Source of the DNA: Alphaproteobacteria bacterium
Lineage (GTDB): Bacteria > Pseudomonadota > Alphaproteobacteria > UBA828
DNA length: 64,000 bases
Direction of reading: 5' to 3'
Assembly (NCBI GenBank): GCA_965237415.1
Contig: CBDEFM010000001.1
Span: 512,001-576,000, forward strand
The notes under the pieces were generated by a model. It ran no database searches and was not told where the DNA came from. It saw only the letters and a program-made list of their open reading frames with translations. A program made the translations under genes and the position numbers. Positions within the stretch are counted from its first letter, which is position 1. Every line of letters begins with the position of its first letter. This document shows positions 32,095 through 42,226 of this stretch, in pieces.

Positions 32095-35000
32095 ATGAAC
32101 TATCCATTGAGACACATCTCCCTCCGCGTGCCCTGGCACGACACCGGATGGAACGGCAGTGTCTGCGCCGCGCCAAGGTTGAATGGCGCATGCCTCAACC
32201 TGAAGCGCATCGCGCAAAACCGCAATGACGATGCTGAGGAATCCGTCGCAGGACAGAGCATCCAGGATCTACCGCAGGAGAAGTGGCCGTCATGTATCCC
32301 CGAACGCTCCAGCTTCATGGCGCCCTTCGAATATGTCCGCCAAGCCAATCATCCCTACAACCGTGGTCCCGAGACGAGTCACGGCCACTTCAAGCGTACT
32401 CCGCTACGCCATCCACCATACTCGGCGCCCGCCGTGCCCTTCGCCTGGATGCTCCGCGAAGCGATGGGGACTCTTGGTGAAGAGCACGCGCTCGATGTTC
32501 AAGCCGAACGAGAACCCGATCTGGGATTCAAGACATCGTGGGTCCAGGATCACCTGAACCAGACTGCCCTGCTCGACTGCTTCGCCGACCACCTCAGGCC
32601 CGAACGCTCTCTCTGCTTCTTCTACGCCAAGCAGGTACCGTTCGTTGAAGACCCGGCTGGCGGCCGCATCCTCATCGGCGCAGGACGCGTGCTGCATGTC
32701 GGCGCGCTGCAGGAGTATCGATACGCCACGAAGAACCTCGACAACAAACTACGCTCGATGCTGTGGGAGCGCATGATCCAGCACTCGATCCGTCCCGACT
32801 TCAGCGATGGCTTCCTGCTCCCGTACCATGCGGCCGTCGACAGGGCGGCTGTAGATCCAGAGTTCGACCCGGCGGAGATCGCCGCCTTCTCGCCCGCCGA
32901 CCGGCTTCTTGAGTTCTCCCATGCCTCGCAGTTGGTCAGCCATGACGGCGCCATTGCCTCGCTGCTTGCCTGCGCCGAATCGCTTCGCAAGGCCCAAGGC
33001 GTGCTCCCCGGACCGTGGGAGCGGTCCCTGCGGTGGATCGACGCCCGCCTCGCCCAGCTATGGAAGGCGCGAGGTCCGTGCCCCGGGCTTGGCGCGGCGC
33101 TGTCCGCATTCGGGCTCGAACTCGGTACCTTCGTCGCCCGCGCGCTCATGGAGAAGGCCGGCGACAACGCCGATCCCTGGCCGCTGGTCGCCAAGATGTT
33201 CGTCGATCCTTCCACTCACCTGCCGGACCCTTTGGCCAAGGGCATCGGTGAGACCATCTGCAAAAAGTGGTCGCGGCTGCCCGAGGAGCGACGTGCGCTG
33301 CTCAAACTGATGAGTCGCTTCGAAATCACACCGGAGCAGGCGACCGTGCTCTACGTCCAGGAAGAGCGCGCCGCGGCCGGCATCGACACCGGCGACGCGG
33401 CCATTCTGGCCAATCCGTACCTGCTTTACGAACTGACGCGTCTGACCGCCGACCCCGTAAGCGTCTGGACCGTCGACCGTGGTGTCTTTCCGGACGAAGT
33501 CATCCGCAACAAGCACCCGCTCCCATCTCCGACTGCCCTCGATAGCGGCACCGACGCCCGTCGGGTGCGCGGGTTCACGGTCAAGGTTCTCGAAGATGCG
33601 GCTAGCCGGGGCAACACACTTCTTCCCCAGGATCAGGTGGTCCTCGGCGTTCGCGCGCTCCCCCTCCAGTCGCCCTGTCAGGTCGATGCCGACCTGATGA
33701 ACGTTGCCAAGGACAACTTTGAACAAGCCGTCGATGAGCTTGCGATGGCCGACGGTGCTCCGGCCCTCCAGCTCGACAGGCTGAGCGAGGTGAAAGCGAC
33801 TATCCGCAGGGCAATCGACAGGCGTGTCAAAGGCAAGCGCCTGGCAGTCGCGGCCGACTGGCGGGCGCTTCTCCGGCAACATCCCTCCACCCAGTCGACT
33901 GGAGAGCCCGACGAGCACGTCGAACGCGCCCGCACGGAGCAGACCGCGGCGCTCACCGAGCTCGCCGAGGCGCGCGTCTCCGTGCTGATCGGTCCGGCCG
34001 GCAGCGGCAAGACCACGTTGTTATCGGTCCTGTGTGCGCACCCGGATGTCGACGAGGGTGGCGTCCTCCTGCTCGCGCCGACCGGTAAAGCCCGCGTGCG
34101 CATGGAAGATGCCGCCAGGGCGCTCGGACTCAAGGGCTACACCATCGCCCAGTTTCTGAGTCCCCACCGCTACGACAGCGCGACCGGTCGATACCGATTT
34201 TCGGACATCCCGGCCGAGGCGGGCGCACGCACCGTCATCATCGACGAGGCTTCGATGCTGACCGAAGAGATGCTTGCCGCTCTGATCCAGGCGCTCAAGG
34301 GCGTGCACCGGCTCATCCTCATTGGCGATCCCCGCCAGCTCCCCCCGATCGGCGCCGGCCGGCCGTTCGTCGACATCGTCAAGCATCTCGCCCCAGAGGG
34401 CGTCACGGAGCAATTCCCGCGTGTCGCCCCCGGCTATGCCGAACTGACTATCCGTCACCGACAGTCGGGCGAGCATCGCGAGGACCTGCAGTTTGCGGAG
34501 TGGTTCAGCGGCTCTCCGCTCCCCGCGGGCGAGGATGACGTGTTCGAACGGGTCATGGGTGCCGACCCGCCGAGGCACATCCACTTCGTGCAGTGGGATA
34601 CCGCGGACGAAATGCGCTCCCGGCTCATCGACGTCCTGGTCAGCGAGCTCAAGTGCCTGGGCGGAGCGCCCGCGCTCGCGCACGCCGATGACATACCCGG
34701 GTTCGATGCCACGCTCGGGGGCGTCGTGTGGAACGACTTGCGCTTCTTCAACCCTCGCAAGGGTAGGCAGGCCGGAGCAGCCGAAGTCGCCGAGAGTTGG
34801 CAGATCCTCTCGCCCGTACGATCCGCAGCCCATGGCGTGCCCGATCTCAATCGCCTCATTCACAAGCGGTTTCGACAGGCGATGATCGATGACGCCCGCA
34901 AGGTGGGCAGGCAACGCAAGATCCCCAAGCCCATGGGGCCTGAGGAGATCGTCTACGGCGACAAGGTGATTAACCTTGTCAACACCGACCCCGCCCTCTT

Positions 35001-35856
35001 CTGGAACCGGCATCGCAAGATCTACCCGCGAAAGGACGACCCCTACATCGCCAACGGTGAAATCGGCATGGCTGTCGGGTTCTACCACAGGAAGGGGTCG
35101 CCTGACCTACGCTGGAAGCTTGAGGTAGAGTTCTCTTCGCAGCCCGGCTTCAAGTACGACTTCACCAGTCGCGATTTCCGTGAAGAAGGCAGCGCGGTCC
35201 TCGAGCTCGCCTACGCGCTCACGGTCCACAAGTCCCAAGGCAGCCAGTTTGGCACGGTCATCCTAGTGTTGCCAAACCCGTGTCGCCTGCTCTCGCGCGA
35301 GCTTCTCTACACCGCGCTCACGCGACAGAAAGATCGCATCGTAATCCTGCACCAGGGACCACGTACCGAGTTGCTAAAGTATTCTTCGGACGACCGCTCC
35401 GAAACCGCGCGGCGCCTGACCAACCTGTTCATCGCGCCGTCGCCCATCGAGATCGATGGGCGCTTCTTCGAGGATTACCTAATACACCGCACCATGGACG
35501 GTCAAATGGTCCGCTCGAAGTCCGAGGTGATCATCGCCAACCATCTCGCCAACAACGATATCGAGTACGAATACGAGCGTCCACTCACAATCGACGGCGT
35601 CACGAAGTACCCAGATTTCACCATCGAGGATATGGAGTCCGGGTTGACGGTGTACTGGGAGCATTCCGGGATGTTGCACGTCCCCAGCTACAAAGCCCGC
35701 TGGGATGAAAAGCGCGCATGGTACCGAGGACACGACATCCTGCCCCACGAAGAAGGAGGCGGCGAGAACGGAATATTGGTGGAGACACGGGATGAACCAA
35801 ATGGAGGCATCGACTCCGCGAAGATCATTGCCCACATAACCGAAGTGCTCGGTTGA
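32095..35856 (+). CDS. Large RecD-like SF1B helicase with unknown N-terminal region and C-terminal PD-(D/E)XK-like nuclease
   Basis: GPAGSGKT, DEASM, GDPRQLPP, AYALTVHKSQGS, YTALTR; C-terminal RSKSE..YEYE..PDF..WEH. Confidence 0.88.
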   Translation: MNYPLRHISLRVPWHDTGWNGSVCAAPRLNGACLNLKRIAQNRNDDAEESVAGQSIQDLPQEKWPSCIPERSSFMAPFEYVRQANHPYNRGPETSHGHFKRTPLRHPPYSAPAVPFAWMLREAMGTLGEEHALDVQAEREPDLGFKTSWVQDHLNQTALLDCFADHLRPERSLCFFYAKQVPFVEDPAGGRILIGAGRVLHVGALQEYRYATKNLDNKLRSMLWERMIQHSIRPDFSDGFLLPYHAAVDRAAVDPEFDPAEIAAFSPADRLLEFSHASQLVSHDGAIASLLACAESLRKAQGVLPGPWERSLRWIDARLAQLWKARGPCPGLGAALSAFGLELGTFVARALMEKAGDNADPWPLVAKMFVDPSTHLPDPLAKGIGETICKKWSRLPEERRALLKLMSRFEITPEQATVLYVQEERAAAGIDTGDAAILANPYLLYELTRLTADPVSVWTVDRGVFPDEVIRNKHPLPSPTALDSGTDARRVRGFTVKVLEDAASRGNTLLPQDQVVLGVRALPLQSPCQVDADLMNVAKDNFEQAVDELAMADGAPALQLDRLSEVKATIRRAIDRRVKGKRLAVAADWRALLRQHPSTQSTGEPDEHVERARTEQTAALTELAEARVSVLIGPAGSGKTTLLSVLCAHPDVDEGGVLLLAPTGKARVRMEDAARALGLKGYTIAQFLSPHRYDSATGRYRFSDIPAEAGARTVIIDEASMLTEEMLAALIQALKGVHRLILIGDPRQLPPIGAGRPFVDIVKHLAPEGVTEQFPRVAPGYAELTIRHRQSGEHREDLQFAEWFSGSPLPAGEDDVFERVMGADPPRHIHFVQWDTADEMRSRLIDVLVSELKCLGGAPALAHADDIPGFDATLGGVVWNDLRFFNPRKGRQAGAAEVAESWQILSPVRSAAHGVPDLNRLIHKRFRQAMIDDARKVGRQRKIPKPMGPEEIVYGDKVINLVNTDPALFWNRHRKIYPRKDDPYIANGEIGMAVGFYHRKGSPDLRWKLEVEFSSQPGFKYDFTSRDFREEGSAVLELAYALTVHKSQGSQFGTVILVLPNPCRLLSRELLYTALTRQKDRIVILHQGPRTELLKYSSDDRSETARRLTNLFIAPSPIEIDGRFFEDYLIHRTMDGQMVRSKSEVIIANHLANNDIEYEYERPLTIDGVTKYPDFTIEDMESGLTVYWEHSGMLHVPSYKARWDEKRAWYRGHDILPHEEGGGENGILVETRDEPNGGIDSAKIIAHITEVLG

Positions 35857-35939
35857 TCTGAACGGAACCCGCGAAGCCTCGCGGACACGTACTCCTCGCC
35901 GAACCGTCCCCGCACGATACCGTATGCGGATTCCGCCGT

Positions 35940-36119
35940 AACCTTCGCCACTCCTTCGCCAGCGGCGGTCTCTTGGTCGGTGAAGGCTTGCCCATGATTG
36001 GCAAGCTGCTGGGCCACACCCAGGTCCAAACCACGGCCCGCTACGCCCACCTCGCAAACGATCCCGTCAAGTCAGCCGCAAACCGGATCGCAAGCCGAAT
36101 CGCCGAGGTGGCAGGGTGA
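35940..36119 (+). pseudogene. Integrase 3' fragment R2
   Basis: NLRHSFASGGLLVGEGLPMIGKLLGHTQVQTTARYAHLANDPVKSAANRIASRIAEVAG*. Confidence 0.9.
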
Positions 36120-36366
36120 GGCCGGAAAGGGACAGTTTCCAATAAGGGGCGATTTCCCCATGGCCCGCCTCGGGTCGTAACGCCGGCTTGCTCCTCGCTG
36201 CAATCCTGGCGCGCGTCCACCACAGCTCCCGCGACCGGGTCTGCCAGCCTATCCCGGAGCGCTTCTTGCGGCGGATCTCACCGTGCACATGCTACCTTCG
36301 TGCAACGCTGCTACTCGACATCTTCATGCCCCATGTGGAATTCCTTCGACATTGGAGACGCGCCCA

Positions 36367-37653
36367 GTGACAAGAATTCGAGAAGACCTCAGCCAATGGG
36401 CGCTACATTTCATTCACGACCACAATCCGGATACCGACCCCACAGACGAAGAGATCGACTACGAATTCTACGGTGGCCTTCCCTACCACGAGAGCAAGGA
36501 AGTCAACGACCGTTTCGACGCGTGGAGAATCAGCGATCAATACTACCCTATCGATCCCGACCCAGATGCTTTGCAGGTGTTGCTGAAGATCATTACGGAT
36601 GGCCACATAAGGGCCAGTTGGGCTTTCAGAAACAATCGACCCACAGTTTATGGCCCCCGGGCCGCGGTGTGCTTTACGGAAATGCCGCTCTACGCACTTC
36701 TTGACTATGTGAACCAAAGGGAAAAAGACGCCGTCGCGCCCTATGCAATCGGACTCAGCAAACAAGAGCTGTTCCGCGCCGGTGCGCGACCCGTCATTTA
36801 TGGGCTGACCGGACATCACGTCGAGGAGAGGGGCGGCTCGTTATCCCTCAAGCCGTGGCCAAGAAAACTCGCGTCGTCATGTGGCCTCGCGGAATCCGAA
36901 CAGTACCGGTATGTCGCAATGTCCTCCGATCCCACGCGGCCGATCGACTGGTCGCATGAGCGAGAATGGCGTTGGGCTGATCACCAGGATCGATGCTCCT
37001 GCCCCGGAGTGCCCATCTGGCTGTCCGACGAGCCCGCCTGGTTCACGCGGGTGTTCATTGTCGTACCGAATTCAGGAGCCATTGAGCGCGTGCTGAACAG
37101 GCTGCAAGAGCTTCATGACGCAGGATCAAATGATGTCGGCCACGCGTTCTCGAGAAGGATGCTCCGTTCGACCGCCGTGGTCGCGCTGGATCGCCTGACA
37201 CATGGAATGGGAGACATGCGCGACAAACGCCTGCGTCTCGATGACATCTCCCCGTCGTACATCCGCATCTTCAAGCGCCAGCGGGCAACCCGCGATATGT
37301 TGAAGAAGGCAGGTGATGTGCTGAACGAGGCGAAAATTGCGGCCAACCACGCGGCCGCCGCCCGTCACAAGTCGGCCCCAAGAACGAAGGACGGCCGTCA
37401 CATCGCGGATATCGCCGGCTGGGCTCATCTTGTAGTACACAGCGGTCAAACTCCCTTGGTCTCCGCGCTCTTGGAGTTAAAGGCGATCTATTCTGTACCT
37501 GGAGAAGGATACTACTTCCGCGACATCGGTGGCCTTGGTTGGAAAGACGAGCAAGCCCTCTCGCTAGCTGAGGCCGCTGTACATGCAGCCATGGAAATCT
37601 TCAGAAAACACTTTCCGGAGGCGTCGTTCAGCATGACGACGAGATGGGACTAA
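36367..37653 (+). CDS. DUF4427-like protein (AbiGi/ADP-ribosyltransferase-like N-terminal motifs)
   Basis: REDLSQWALHF, VCFTEMPL, YAIG, GARPVIYG, DWSHEREWR. Confidence 0.6.
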   Translation: MTRIREDLSQWALHFIHDHNPDTDPTDEEIDYEFYGGLPYHESKEVNDRFDAWRISDQYYPIDPDPDALQVLLKIITDGHIRASWAFRNNRPTVYGPRAAVCFTEMPLYALLDYVNQREKDAVAPYAIGLSKQELFRAGARPVIYGLTGHHVEERGGSLSLKPWPRKLASSCGLAESEQYRYVAMSSDPTRPIDWSHEREWRWADHQDRCSCPGVPIWLSDEPAWFTRVFIVVPNSGAIERVLNRLQELHDAGSNDVGHAFSRRMLRSTAVVALDRLTHGMGDMRDKRLRLDDISPSYIRIFKRQRATRDMLKKAGDVLNEAKIAANHAAAARHKSAPRTKDGRHIADIAGWAHLVVHSGQTPLVSALLELKAIYSVPGEGYYFRDIGGLGWKDEQALSLAEAAVHAAMEIFRKHFPEASFSMTTRWD

Positions 37654-37920
37654 TGCTCTTGTGAGACCTGAAACGACTCGTAGCGTGCTAGCGAACGAGT
37701 TTACGCTCAGGTGGACTTCCTCGCCGGTCTTAATCCTTTGGACACTGCCTCATGGCTTGTAGTCTACCGGCACCCAGCGCAACCTGAACCTCTTGGCTCG
37801 GCCAATGTAGCGACGACGCGACCGCTCAGCACGTCCTCCAGTGGCTCCTAACTGGTCGACGCATGCCCCAAGACTATTAACGCATCGATTGGCGATCTCA
37901 TGAACCAAGCCTAGAATTGG

Positions 37921-38742
37921 CTAAAGGGGAATCGGCGGCAGCGGGTCCATGCCGCACTCCAACGCCGCATTTTCTGCCGCTTCGAAGAGCTCCTTACCAT
38001 CCTTTGCCAAGCCGATCAACGCCTTGATCCCGGCAAGAAATCCGCGGAGGCGACCAAATTGTGGTTGTGGTTTGGACGCCTCGGCCCTCGCTTCCTCGAT
38101 CAACGGCGCCAGTTGATCATGCTCACGAAATTTCTCATGCAGGGACTCGAGCGCACTGCCGAGTGCTTCCAATCCCCTCGTGTCGATGTTCTGGGTCACT
38201 TTGGCTATAGAATGGTCGCCCTGTTGGAAAGCGCCCACCGGTCCGGAGAAAGTGTAGTGTTCGATATGCGTGCTCCCACCGCCCTGGGAAACAATCATCG
38301 CAGTATTGCTTGAAAACAACTCTATTTCTGTTCCAACAATCTCCCGCGATCTCAAGAATGCAGCTTCCGCATCAGCTACGATATCGCTCTCGATGCTACC
38401 GCCTTTCAACCTGTTTCTTCGAAGGGAACCAAGGTAACTGTCCGCCAATGGCTTCATCACCTCGTCGAACACCTCTCTTAGTTGTTCAACCAAGATGTCA
38501 CCGGGATTTACCCCAATGGTTACGGCAATGTGGTGGAGTTGCGACCATGCTTCTCTGCAAATATCATCGTACGTTTCTTCGTATACCTTCCTAACATTCA
38601 GAGCGGTTTGGCTGGAATGCAGCATGCCATGTCTGTTGGCTTCGCTGCGCACTCGCGTTGCTGCCAGGGCAGCGTCGTTCCTGCGCTTTTCCAGTATCAA
38701 TCCCATTCGCCTAACGAACAGGCTACAAATTTTCTGGTTCAT
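37921..38742 (-). CDS. Hypothetical protein
   Basis: 273-aa ORF of lower GC between integrase fragments; no motif recognised. Confidence 0.6.
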   Translation of the reverse strand: MNQKICSLFVRRMGLILEKRRNDAALAATRVRSEANRHGMLHSSQTALNVRKVYEETYDDICREAWSQLHHIAVTIGVNPGDILVEQLREVFDEVMKPLADSYLGSLRRNRLKGGSIESDIVADAEAAFLRSREIVGTEIELFSSNTAMIVSQGGGSTHIEHYTFSGPVGAFQQGDHSIAKVTQNIDTRGLEALGSALESLHEKFREHDQLAPLIEEARAEASKPQPQFGRLRGFLAGIKALIGLAKDGKELFEAAENAALECGMDPLPPIPL

Positions 38743-39070
38743 GGCTCGCTCTAATGGTGACAGGAGAATTGGACGTCACACGAAGTCTGTACTGGCGTCT
38801 ACGCGTAGCGCAACAAGACAAGCATACATATTCCTGTGGTCCATCGCACCCGTCCGGTGAGGACAACTTGTCCCGAGAACCGCTTCTGCGAATCCGGCGG
38901 GTTCGAAGACACAGTCTGAGGGGGGAGCCGGTCTACGCGGCCAGGGTCGAGATCCCGATCAGCGTGGAACACTCAAGCCGACGCATTCCTCCACCGACAA
39001 CTGCCTCCGAGCAGCTTGGGCTGATCCGCTCATCCCATGCCGCGACCATCTCTCGCGTCTACTCCACCGC

Positions 39071-39277
39071 GACCTTCGGCACAGCTTTGCCTCCAGGGCT
39101 CTCGCCCTCGGCGAAAGCCTGCCGATGATCGGAAAGCTCCTCGGCCACCGTCGGATCCAAACGACCGCCCGCTACGCCCACCTTGCACGGGACTCGGTGA
39201 AGACCGCCGCCGAGAGGATTGCGGACAGCCGCGCGACCGACATGGACAGACACCCGGCTCCTTCCTCCACCGCGTGA
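39071..39277 (+). pseudogene. Integrase 3' fragment R3
   Basis: DLRHSFASRALALGESLPMIGKLLGHRRIQTTARYAHLARDSVKTAAERIADS. Confidence 0.9.
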
Positions 39278-39532
39278 TCAGCCGCCCAGCTTGGCCAACA
39301 AGTGAAATACGGCTAGGACTCGAAAAATGTACTGAGCCGTGCCTGAAGCGCCTCATCGTCGAAAGCCGGCGGTACACGACAACGGATCGGTCGACACGTT
39401 CCAATGAGCCGACCGGAGTCGGGCATAGGAGCAGTGGTGGCCTGGCACGCAGGCGATTCGGTCGCGCTATCTGTTCGTCCCTTGGGCGCCCGTGCGCCGA
39501 GTTGCCCCAGAATCGAGATCGGAGGACTACCT

Positions 39533-40960
39533 ATGGTTCAACCTTATTCGCCATTCGACAAGGACATCGATGATTTGCGGCCTGAGGATTTGGAGGTTCT
39601 GAAAAGGGTGAATGAAGGCTGGTACGTCGAATATAAGCGTGAGCTTGTAAGCGCTTCTGCCTTGGCTAAAGCTATTTCTGCCTTTGCAAACAGCTATGGT
39701 GGCTGGCTCTTTCTTGGAGTACAGGAAAAAACCAAAGGTTGTTCTGTCGCGGGCCGATTTCCGGGAATTCCTGATGATTCAATCGATATCTCACTGCAAA
39801 AACTACGCCAGTCGTCTACTGATATCCTCAACCCTACACCCTTCTTTCGGACTAAGGTGTTGCGGGGCCCCTGTCCAACGATAAATCTCTCAGAAAACGC
39901 CTCAGTTCTGGCGGTTGAAATCCCGCAAAGCCACACGGCTCCTCATGTACATAAGGACGGGCGAATCTACAGGCGTGTGGCGGATGGTTCAGAACCCAAA
40001 CATGAAACTGATCGTTTTGTTCTAGATCAACTCTGGCGGCGCGCTGACCCTGTGCGAAATTTCACGCGCGAATGGATTAAGAGAGATCCAGAGTTCTCCA
40101 AGTCCGAAGAACATACACCATACCTTCGGTTGCTGCTTTGCGTTGATCCATGGCAACAACGCGATCCATGGCTCAAGGCGCCTGTATCAGAAATCACAGA
40201 GATATTCAGGGGCAACGACGCTAGCATTTCGTCAATTTCTTTCGACACGGTGTATTCTACATCTGAAGGTATCATTGCTCGACAGTTAATCGGCAATAAC
40301 CCACACAATATGGGTCTAACATGGAAACTGCGCCGAGATCTGGCATGCGACGTTGTTGTGCCTCTTCCATTTTATGATCTTGGCGACCTCGATAATTTAT
40401 TTGAAGAGCAAAACGGTTACATGGATACGGAACGATTTATGAGAATATTGGCGAGTCAAGGGACGGGGTACACGCAGCCTCGGATTGTTGACCTAAATTT
40501 CGTAATGCAAATTTTGATTGGTGTTGCCTCGAAATATGTACGTTTGCTGGAACTGGCAAGTGGGCCACGCATATTTTTTTGCAAAGCAAGATTACTAAAT
40601 AGTTGGAGAATCATCCCTTTCATGGATGTCGCTTCCATACAAGAGAAGTACGAAACGTATGGTCTACCTTTGATTATGGATAGTACAATTACCGTACCGA
40701 GTGGGCTCGACCCGGATTCATTTGCTCAAATCGATGAACTGGATTCTTCCAAGCCTGATGGTCGGAGTATGGACGTCAGCATTTTACAAGGTATATTGAT
40801 ATTCATTCGTGTCGCAGAGGCGTTTGGCGTGCCTATTCTTCTTGGAGATGAGTTCAACGCTGACGACGCATACTTGTATCAAGACATTTATGACGCTGGA
40901 AGCCGAGCAAAAATAGTACAGGAAAACCAAAACAGAACGAGAAATACCCCTAGGTCTTAA
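39533..40960 (+). CDS. Schlafen/AlbA_2 domain protein
   Basis: EGWYVEYKRE, KAISAFANSYGGWLFLGV; GGAGG RBS; low GC. Confidence 0.85.
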   Translation: MVQPYSPFDKDIDDLRPEDLEVLKRVNEGWYVEYKRELVSASALAKAISAFANSYGGWLFLGVQEKTKGCSVAGRFPGIPDDSIDISLQKLRQSSTDILNPTPFFRTKVLRGPCPTINLSENASVLAVEIPQSHTAPHVHKDGRIYRRVADGSEPKHETDRFVLDQLWRRADPVRNFTREWIKRDPEFSKSEEHTPYLRLLLCVDPWQQRDPWLKAPVSEITEIFRGNDASISSISFDTVYSTSEGIIARQLIGNNPHNMGLTWKLRRDLACDVVVPLPFYDLGDLDNLFEEQNGYMDTERFMRILASQGTGYTQPRIVDLNFVMQILIGVASKYVRLLELASGPRIFFCKARLLNSWRIIPFMDVASIQEKYETYGLPLIMDSTITVPSGLDPDSFAQIDELDSSKPDGRSMDVSILQGILIFIRVAEAFGVPILLGDEFNADDAYLYQDIYDAGSRAKIVQENQNRTRNTPRS

Positions 40961-41023
40961 AGCTCATGGGCGTGCATTGACTAGCTGTACAGAGATACTG
41001 TTCAGCTGACAGTGCCGTCCGGG

Positions 41024-41412
41024 TATCGGGAGCGCAAGCGCTAGATGTTTCTCACCGACGAGGAGTTTCGCCGACTCGGTCGGGTGCTGAACGAAGCCGC
41101 GGTCGTGAGCGGCGTGTTGGTGCACGCCGCGGCGGCGATCCGGTTGTTCATGCTCTCCGGGTGCCGGAAGAGTGTGATCCTGACCTCGCGCTGGGAGGAT
41201 GTGGACCTAGGGTACAGCGACAGTGCATTTAGGGCACAAGGTGACATCCAGATTTACGACGTGTCGCCTTGGCTTCATCGCGTTCCCGGAGGGTGATCAC
41301 GGGCCACAAGTCGGGCACGCACATTACGAACCTGGACAAACCGTGGCACATTGTCCGGACCCGCACCGGTCTGAAGGAAGTGCGCATTCATGACCTCACG
41401 CATTCTTGTGCA
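41024..41412 (+). pseudogene. Integrase central fragment R4 ending at HDLTHS
   Basis: YRERKR*MFLTDEEFRRLGRVL...LMLSGCRK-like segment, then W...R.RTGLKEVRIHDLTHSCA. Confidence 0.85.
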
Positions 41413-41561
41413 ACATGCTCTTACAGCCTGGCCGCGTGAGCCCCTCTAACTTACCGTAATAACTACATTTTCTTCACTTCCTGATTTTCCTTCCAGTCCG
41501 TCTTCCAGATTCCGTAATCATAACGACACCAGATTCAAGTTAACGTTTGGCGTGACATGTC
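41404..41561 (+). repeat. Conserved non-coding arm, copy A (homologous to 53231-53349)
   Basis: Shared colinear blocks TCTTGTGCA.CAT, TAACTTAC, TTCCGTAATCATA, CACC.GATTC, GACATGTC. Confidence 0.75.
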
Positions 41562-41611
41562 CATACCCCACGTATGATTCGCCGATTTTCGCGATTCTCA
41601 CGCCGACAGAA

Positions 41612-41635
41612 GTAAGGGTCCGGTCGGACCGGTAT
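41612..41635 (+). mobile_element. Orphan IS66-like terminal inverted repeat
   Basis: GTAAGGGTCCGGTCGGACCGGTAT, 21/24 identical to the IR at 53395. Confidence 0.7.
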
Positions 41636-41698
41636 GGGGGTCCGCGAAGCCACTATGACAATGCGTAGGATCGGCATCGCCGCGCTCGCGCCGGCGTT

Positions 41699-42226
41699 TC
41701 ACCGCCGCAGGCGAACCCACAGCCAGCGAATCGTGCCGATGCCCGCCGCCCCCGTCGTGGCGGCGATCAGAATCGTCTTGACCAGGGTGAAAACCGCGGC
41801 CAGCCAGGCGAACGGCGAAGGCGCCCCGGCATAGTTCAGCGCCAGCGCCGCGATGGTCGCGTTCTCCAGCACATCGGCCGCCGCCATCGCGAGCGGCAGC
41901 AGATACAGCGGCACCCCGCCCCGCCACAGACGGAACAGCAAGATCGCCAACAGCAGGCCGTAGGCGACGGGAAACGCCATGTCGACAGTGAGCCCGGTCG
42001 CCGCGTAGACGAACCTGGCGTTCGCGTCGAGCCGGTCGAGGTCGTCGAACAGCGCCGCGGCCTCGCCGGGCGTGTACCAGCCCCGGCTGTCGAGAAGATC
42101 GAGGCCGCCCAGCCGGTCCTGCCGCCAGACCAGGCCCGCCACGCAGGCGACGACGCCGGCCAATGCCGCAGCCGCTACGCGCCGGGTCGCCCATCGTTCC
42201 AGCGCCGCACGGATGGAAATCGCCAT
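41699..42226 (-). CDS. Hypothetical membrane protein
   Basis: GGAGG RBS; about four hydrophobic segments; D..FP..Y and D.LEN motifs. Confidence 0.75.
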   Translation of the reverse strand: MAISIRAALERWATRRVAAAALAGVVACVAGLVWRQDRLGGLDLLDSRGWYTPGEAAALFDDLDRLDANARFVYAATGLTVDMAFPVAYGLLLAILLFRLWRGGVPLYLLPLAMAAADVLENATIAALALNYAGAPSPFAWLAAVFTLVKTILIAATTGAAGIGTIRWLWVRLRR

